This document shows positions 58,286-64,000 of a stretch of DNA of 64,000 bases, piece after piece. Source of the DNA: an uncultured virus (IMG/VR IMGVR_UViG_3300025782_000006) (lineage: Duplodnaviria > Heunggongvirae > Uroviricota > Caudoviricetes); IMG/VR virus record IMGVR_UViG_3300025782_000006. One strand, 5' to 3'. The notes beneath the pieces were generated by a model. The model had not been told where the DNA came from, ran no database searches, and saw only the letters and a list, made by a program, of their open reading frames with translations. The position numbers were made by a program, and so were the translations under genes. Position 1 is the stretch's first letter, and each line of letters opens with the position of its first letter.

Positions 58286-59261
58286 AGTATTGCTGATAGA
58301 TCTCAACATTCTGGCCAGCTAATCGATACAGCTCTTGTAGCTTCTCTGCTTTACTTGGATTGGTATACAAGGTTTGTAGACTAGCTGTCAAGTGTTTAAT
58401 ACGATCATATGGATTTGATTCTCGATCGTAGGTTTCATCTAGTACAGAATCAAATGTTCGAAATCCCATATCACGTAAACGAGCCAGACTCCCCTGACCG
58501 CTGACTAAGACAAAAGGCTTACCTGTAGCTAGACAATTGGCAGTTTTTTCGGTAAACCAAAAGTTATCCATACTATCCGTTTCACTTACAACTTCAATTT
58601 GATAACGGTTCCAGACATTTCCGTAGCTACGGCAAGCATCATACCAATTGATCATACCCATATGATGTGTACTGACTAAGTCGCGATCAAATTGTTTAGT
58701 TGCTATCCAAGCCAGCTCTTGTTGGTATTCGACGCCAAAATGTCGTAGTTGATCATTGATAAATTTTACATCAGGTTGAAATGTAATATATGTATCATTG
58801 GCAAATGTTTGATCTAGTTCATACGCTAAACGAAATCGACTTAGGTTATAGCGACCCAACAAGCAACCAACAAAACGTGCATTGGTTAAATCTCGATTGA
58901 ACTCCCGGGGCAAATACTGTGCAACACTGATAAAGATACCAAGTTTTAATTGTGTTAGATTAAAGTTTTTTATGTCAGCGGAGTGTGATTCAAATGTTAC
59001 GTTACTGTATGGAATATTAAGTGTATCACACGCATACGTCATAAACGATTCGAACCCGCTAAAGCCTGTGTTCTCTCCATCTAGCAAACGGATTGTAATC
59101 TGCTGACCAGAATATTGTTTTGCCAGGATGTCCAGCAGGATATCTTTACGTGTGACGCTGTAGTCTTTGTGTATAAAGAACTGTCCTAGTATAACTATTT
59201 CATTTGGGGTAACTGTGACTGCTTGCTCTATCATAATTGAGTTATTAAATAATTGGCCCAT
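58278..59261 (-). CDS. Hypothetical protein, 'TEKT' family
   Basis: VVSET...WFTEKT...KPFVLV...GFRTF...DETYD. Confidence 0.6.
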   Translation of the reverse strand: MGQLFNNSIMIEQAVTVTPNEIVILGQFFIHKDYSVTRKDILLDILAKQYSGQQITIRLLDGENTGFSGFESFMTYACDTLNIPYSNVTFESHSADIKNFNLTQLKLGIFISVAQYLPREFNRDLTNARFVGCLLGRYNLSRFRLAYELDQTFANDTYITFQPDVKFINDQLRHFGVEYQQELAWIATKQFDRDLVSTHHMGMINWYDACRSYGNVWNRYQIEVVSETDSMDNFWFTEKTANCLATGKPFVLVSGQGSLARLRDMGFRTFDSVLDETYDRESNPYDRIKHLTASLQTLYTNPSKAEKLQELYRLAGQNVEIYQQYSK

Positions 59262-59974
59262 AGTCTGTGACCTTGTTCTGTAGGGTGACGGCTGTCTTCT
59301 TTGTTACAAAACTCACACGAATCTAATATGTCAATACGAGATAGGGCTCGATCTATTACTTCTATAGAATCTGGATATGTTCGATTGTAGTTTAACTGTT
59401 TGATGTGATCACTAATAACAATGTACGTATCAGTCTGTAATTGTTGTTTAGTTAATACTTCTAACCAAGACTGTTCTATAACGCCGTGTTCGGGTATGCT
59501 ATCTGTAAAATTGTGTGCTATTTTAAATGTTATTTTTGGATAGCGTAGTTGTATTTCTTTAACCATTGCATAGGTTTTAAGTACTATATTTTCCAATGCT
59601 GGTTGCAATAGATCTCCCTGTGCCCAGTTTATTTCTTCGTGACGGCCAGATTCTGTTAGGGTAATAATACAAGTAACGTTGGCATACTTGTATCTATGAC
59701 TCAGCAGTTGTCCTAGCCAATTTAACATACAAAAATTACTGGCACCAGGCAAGGCCAAGTTCATCCAGTCTGCACCTATCTGCTCTGTGAGTAAGTTACC
59801 GTATACATGATCGAGTCTATATTCTGTATCGTCTATGCCATTGCGTACTTTAGTCTTACCTAAACTATCACCGTAGGTCCACGAATCTCCTACTGTAATT
59901 ATTAACTGATCACTATCACGTGATTTGTAATAGTAAGGATTGTTGATCATTGACCAAGCAGGTACGTTAAACAT
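59231..59974 (-). CDS. SGNH/GDSL hydrolase-like protein
   Basis: TVGDSWTYG, NLALPGASN, HPTEQGHRLWA. Confidence 0.7.
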   Translation of the reverse strand: MFNVPAWSMINNPYYYKSRDSDQLIITVGDSWTYGDSLGKTKVRNGIDDTEYRLDHVYGNLLTEQIGADWMNLALPGASNFCMLNWLGQLLSHRYKYANVTCIITLTESGRHEEINWAQGDLLQPALENIVLKTYAMVKEIQLRYPKITFKIAHNFTDSIPEHGVIEQSWLEVLTKQQLQTDTYIVISDHIKQLNYNRTYPDSIEVIDRALSRIDILDSCEFCNKEDSRHPTEQGHRLWANYLITQL

Positions 59975-60983
59975 ATTGTGTTAGATCCAAATTATTCAAA
60001 CGATTCCATTGCTCATAAGCATACTGGCGGAAACGACGTTTGTTATTTTGACAGCGGCCAAAGTACTTTTGATATTCGCTATAGGGATTACTTATTTTGT
60101 TAATGGCATCAATAGCCACCTGTGCATACTGAGCCTGCTTAGTTGGATCACCTGCCGTTTCATTTACTATACTATAGTCAAATATATCTTCAAAGATATC
60201 AAACCCAGAATCTTTTAAGTATTGTCGTAGTGGTGCTTGGCCGTAGACAAAGAAAGGACGCATACCTATAATAGGTTTAAATGTTTTTTCACTGGTAAAG
60301 AAATTGTTGGGGTTGGCATTGCTAAATTCTGTTTCTGTTACCAGACATAAAAAACTTTTACTCCAAATTTCTTTAGACCCTATACTAAAAATGTCATTAA
60401 GGATTGTTTTACTTACAAAACGTTCATCCACTCCCAGGTTACCGTATTCATCCCGAATGCCCTGCTCATCTGCAAATTCTTCGTCTAAGGTAATGGGATT
60501 TCCTGGTAAGCCGAGGCTAATATAACCCTGCTCTCGATATGGTAGTAATTGATTTACTAAACTGACACGATGTGGGTGAGGTTTACGATTTAGACAAATA
60601 AATTTACGTGCATCTGTTTGCAGTTGCAGATCTTGTTCTTCATAGTTTTGGAAATATAAGTCGCATACCATTGCCCAAAAGTCAATGCGATATTGTGCAG
60701 AATTACCTAGTATAATGTAAGGAACACCGCTGGTTTCTATTGCTTCAAATATTTTGGGTACAGCAGGATCTACAAAATTGTGACAAATGATAAAATCCGG
60801 ACGGGAGTCTCGAATATGTTGTGCTATATCATTTTCATGTAGCCAAGTGGGATTGATAAACATAACACGATCAACTGATAACTGTTCTCGTGCTTTATTT
60901 TCTAATATACTGCGTATTAGTTGTTCGACTCGACCAGCTTTCCAAGCATAAGGAAAGCCGTTAGTTGATTTTATAATTTCCAT
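59967..60983 (-). CDS. Hypothetical protein, 'TEKT' family
   Basis: FICLNRKPHPHR, LVTET...FTSEKTFKP...PFFVYG...GFDIF. Confidence 0.6.
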   Translation of the reverse strand: MEIIKSTNGFPYAWKAGRVEQLIRSILENKAREQLSVDRVMFINPTWLHENDIAQHIRDSRPDFIICHNFVDPAVPKIFEAIETSGVPYIILGNSAQYRIDFWAMVCDLYFQNYEEQDLQLQTDARKFICLNRKPHPHRVSLVNQLLPYREQGYISLGLPGNPITLDEEFADEQGIRDEYGNLGVDERFVSKTILNDIFSIGSKEIWSKSFLCLVTETEFSNANPNNFFTSEKTFKPIIGMRPFFVYGQAPLRQYLKDSGFDIFEDIFDYSIVNETAGDPTKQAQYAQVAIDAINKISNPYSEYQKYFGRCQNNKRRFRQYAYEQWNRLNNLDLTQYV

Positions 60984-61006
60984 TTGATAATAACTTAGCT
61001 AGTAAG

Positions 61007-62500
61007 TTATTTACGAATTCCTGCAAGGCTCCGAATAAAATCTAGTGGATCTTCAGTATCTTCATAGGCCATGTTCCAACCAGTTGCACCAGCGCCACTC
61101 TTGTCTACTGCACGATCGTCACCGTATTCTTTACCATGTGGCTCAACCGGACTTGTTGGAGTTGCAAAGTTGGTTTGGCTATTACGTAGAGTTGGTTCTT
61201 GTTTTTGCTGTACTTGGCTGTAGATATCTGGACGATGTTGACCTAACCATTCTTTGATTAAACCCGCAACATCAGCATCAGGACCGTGTTGAATAAACAA
61301 ATCATTCATTAAATCATCAAGGTCGTTTTTAATGTCTGGTCCAATAATTGGTACTAGTTTGTCTAATAGTGCAGAACCATCAATACCATCAATGCCTACT
61401 GGTTTTGGTTTACTTAACATTTCTACGCAAGCATCAATTTGGTCTTGTTCAGAGTGTGCTGAAGTCCAAACATTTTCTGTAATTTCGTCAGCCCATTCTT
61501 CTAATTCTGTGGATACGTTATTTTTTTGTTTAACATACGCTCTATAAACAATTGGCAATGCATCATTGAATCGTTCGTCATAGATTTTCTTAACAAAGCG
61601 TTCTTTGAGAGCATCAACATCAACAACTTCTTCAACAGAAGCTTCTGGCGTCCATGATTCAAAATAACTACGATAGCCGCGGGCACCACGCATTTGACGT
61701 AGTTTGCGTTTGACTTGATCATAGTGATGAACTGCTGCACGAGTCATGTCAGCAGTTTCTTGATCTTCAAATTGACGATGTTTTGTACTACGAACAAAAT
61801 GACGCATAGCTGACATTTCGTTTACTAAATTGGTAATGTGTTCAGCACATTTATCATACATTGTTCCGCCATGACTAATGTGTTGTGCTAGGGCACGTGC
61901 TCCATCTAAATTTTTAAATGGTACTAATAATCTTTCGCCGCGACTAGTTTCAATAAAAATATCTCTAATGCGACGAGCACGATCGCCGTGCTTTTCGTCG
62001 CTGACTAAACCATCATGTTTAATAACTAATTTACATTCACCCATGTCGGCATAACTATTACGGCTTGTACCATATAATTTGCTTTCAGTGACCTTAACGT
62101 CATTCATGGTAGAAACGTCGTCGGATTTAGATTGTTGTTTAACGTCTTGTAGATTTAAATTAGATTTGTTGATATCGCGAGTATCAAATGTTAATAAATT
62201 GCGTTTTGCAAATTTGCGTAGACTGCGTAAAAAATCATACCAGTCGTGGCGTTGTTCACGATCCATTTCACCACTAATGTTCTGTCCAAAATATACTTTT
62301 AAACTTGTTTCGTCAATCAAGCTGATTGTTACTTTACCAAATTTAGCACCTGTTTCGTCTGTATATGTAAAGTTAAAAAAACGTGCCTTAGATGGGTCTG
62401 TACAAGCCTTAGCGTTTTCATCGCCCAGCGTGACATTGTCAAAACGCGAGCGTACTTTGTCAAAAAGTGCTGTAGATACTGATTCGATTTCTTTTGCCAT
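61007..62500 (-). CDS. Hypothetical protein, probably structural/head-associated
   Basis: 497 aa downstream of terminase; late-type ATAAATA upstream; ends FIRSLAGIRK. Confidence 0.55.
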   Translation of the reverse strand: MAKEIESVSTALFDKVRSRFDNVTLGDENAKACTDPSKARFFNFTYTDETGAKFGKVTISLIDETSLKVYFGQNISGEMDREQRHDWYDFLRSLRKFAKRNLLTFDTRDINKSNLNLQDVKQQSKSDDVSTMNDVKVTESKLYGTSRNSYADMGECKLVIKHDGLVSDEKHGDRARRIRDIFIETSRGERLLVPFKNLDGARALAQHISHGGTMYDKCAEHITNLVNEMSAMRHFVRSTKHRQFEDQETADMTRAAVHHYDQVKRKLRQMRGARGYRSYFESWTPEASVEEVVDVDALKERFVKKIYDERFNDALPIVYRAYVKQKNNVSTELEEWADEITENVWTSAHSEQDQIDACVEMLSKPKPVGIDGIDGSALLDKLVPIIGPDIKNDLDDLMNDLFIQHGPDADVAGLIKEWLGQHRPDIYSQVQQKQEPTLRNSQTNFATPTSPVEPHGKEYGDDRAVDKSGAGATGWNMAYEDTEDPLDFIRSLAGIRK

Positions 62501-62512
62501 ATAACTATTTAT

Positions 62513-64000
62513 CTAGAACATTATAAAGGGCATGGGTTCTATAAAGTTGTCTAACGCATCCTTAAGCTCAGAATCTAACGTAGCATCAAAACTCTGTAGC
62601 ATCTGTATCATACGTACTGCTAGTAATGTGCTCATAACTAAATCATCATGCTCGCCAATTTTTGCTGCATAGCTACCGCCTGATGCTACAAAGTTTTTTA
62701 GTTCGCTGATTAATGCTTTACTTGCTATAAACAAACGTTTGGTTTCAACTAAACTTTTAAATTTAGCACAGGCACTTAATTTAGATTTATTAGTGGTATT
62801 AAATCCTTTACGGAATCGTGTACCGCCGCCGCCCATGCGTTTAGGTTCGCTTAGAAATATGCCAGGAATATTTTCTTCACCTATTTCACTAATACAAACT
62901 AGTGCAGCTTCACCTAAGGTATTATTTTCTACTGAATAATACACATGAGTTTGTCCAGCAACGTCTGCTAAGTATCCGCAAATTTCTTTCATAATAACAA
63001 CCTGACGTTGTACGATTGTTTTATTATGGCTCCACTCGGCCACTTGTTTGAGTCCAGGCAATTCAAATACCTGTATGGCCGCGGGGTCTGATCCGGTACC
63101 AAGACTTGGATCTAGTGCAACTACATAAGTCTTGTCACGCTCGGGACGTTTATACCAACGTATCTGACCTTGTTTCTCTATAGGATCAAGACCAGCCATC
63201 TCACTTAGCATGACGGGATTAATCAATGTTTCATCAAAGATGATGAATTCACATTCCATCTCACGACGGAAACGTTCTTCGCCTAACTGTGCTCGCATCT
63301 GCGCGGCCCACTTTTCATCACGTTCTGGATGTTCTTCCCAACGACTGCGGAACGCTTTAAATCCGTTAACACCTAATTCTGTTTCATTGCCAAACTCATC
63401 AAAACATTTATTAGCCTGACGCCAAATTTGTGCAAACTGATCTTCGTCTGAGTTTGGTGTTGATGTAATAATACACTTACCACCAGTTGCTAGTGTAGGT
63501 GTAATGGAAGTCCAGAATTCACTCGCAATAGTTGGGCGAACGAACGCAAACTCGTCACAGTATAGTAGTGATATGGACATACCACGACCTGTATTTTCTG
63601 TTGTTGTTTGACTTACTATGCGGCTACCATTTTCAAAGTCCAAGCTACCTTTATTGTAACTTGTTACCCCGGCTCGGATAAAGTCTGGACAGTTCTCATA
63701 AGCGTGACGAACACGTTGCATAATCTCCTGTGCGCCCAAATACTTGTGAGCAGCTACAAGGATGGTACTGTCTGGAACAAACATTGCATACCACAGCAAG
63801 TATCCTGCGGCGCTGGTCGATTTGCCCGTTTGTCTAGGCATTAGGCTAATACTGAATCTATAATTATGATATGTATCTATCAAACGTTCTTGATAGTCGA
63901 ATGGGTGGTATTGTATAGCACCCTTTGTTGGATGTTGGATAAAGAAGTAATTATCCATAAAGTACTGCGGGCCAGACACAGGATCAGCACACTGAGCAAG
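62513..64000 (-). CDS. Terminase large subunit (T4 gp17-like), N-terminus beyond the window
   Basis: PRQTGKS, YCDEFAF, ITSTPN, ALDPSLG, HDDLVM. Confidence 0.93.
   Translation of the reverse strand, partial: LAQCADPVSGPQYFMDNYFFIQHPTKGAIQYHPFDYQERLIDTYHNYRFSISLMPRQTGKSTSAAGYLLWYAMFVPDSTILVAAHKYLGAQEIMQRVRHAYENCPDFIRAGVTSYNKGSLDFENGSRIVSQTTTENTGRGMSISLLYCDEFAFVRPTIASEFWTSITPTLATGGKCIITSTPNSDEDQFAQIWRQANKCFDEFGNETELGVNGFKAFRSRWEEHPERDEKWAAQMRAQLGEERFRREMECEFIIFDETLINPVMLSEMAGLDPIEKQGQIRWYKRPERDKTYVVALDPSLGTGSDPAAIQVFELPGLKQVAEWSHNKTIVQRQVVIMKEICGYLADVAGQTHVYYSVENNTLGEAALVCISEIGEENIPGIFLSEPKRMGGGGTRFRKGFNTTNKSKLSACAKFKSLVETKRLFIASKALISELKNFVASGGSYAAKIGEHDDLVMSTLLAVRMIQMLQSFDATLDSELKDALDNFIEPMPFIMF

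Overview
64 kb of a large tailed dsDNA phage with a T4-like core. Genes include gp41-like helicase, gp61 primase, gp62-like protein, UvsW/UvsX/UvsY, gp32 SSB and gp17 terminase, and there are TATAAATA-type late promoter motifs. The GroEL resembles Burkholderiales sequences, hinting at a betaproteobacterial host (inference). Layout: replication and tail-fibre genes (1-17 kb); groES-groEL; a ~12.6 kb glycan-synthesis cluster containing a form IV RuBisCO-like protein (20.6-33.3 kb); a 13 kb minus-strand array of 27 CCA-encoding tRNA genes covering all 20 amino acids, interleaved with homing endonucleases, an RNA polymerase omega homologue, two PP-loop proteins and several unexplained structured RNAs (34.7-47.8 kb); then recombination, radical-SAM/oxygenase, SSB and terminase genes. 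The strongest candidate for a new system is at 46.2-46.4 kb. A perfect sigma70 promoter drives a 40-codon leader ORF containing all 20 amino acids, and its 3' end forms a 19-bp antiterminator mutually exclusive with an intrinsic terminator placed just upstream of 25 of the tRNA genes. This looks like a pan-amino-acid, translation-sensing attenuator for phage tRNA supply. All calls were made by eye from motifs; no searches or folding programs were run.
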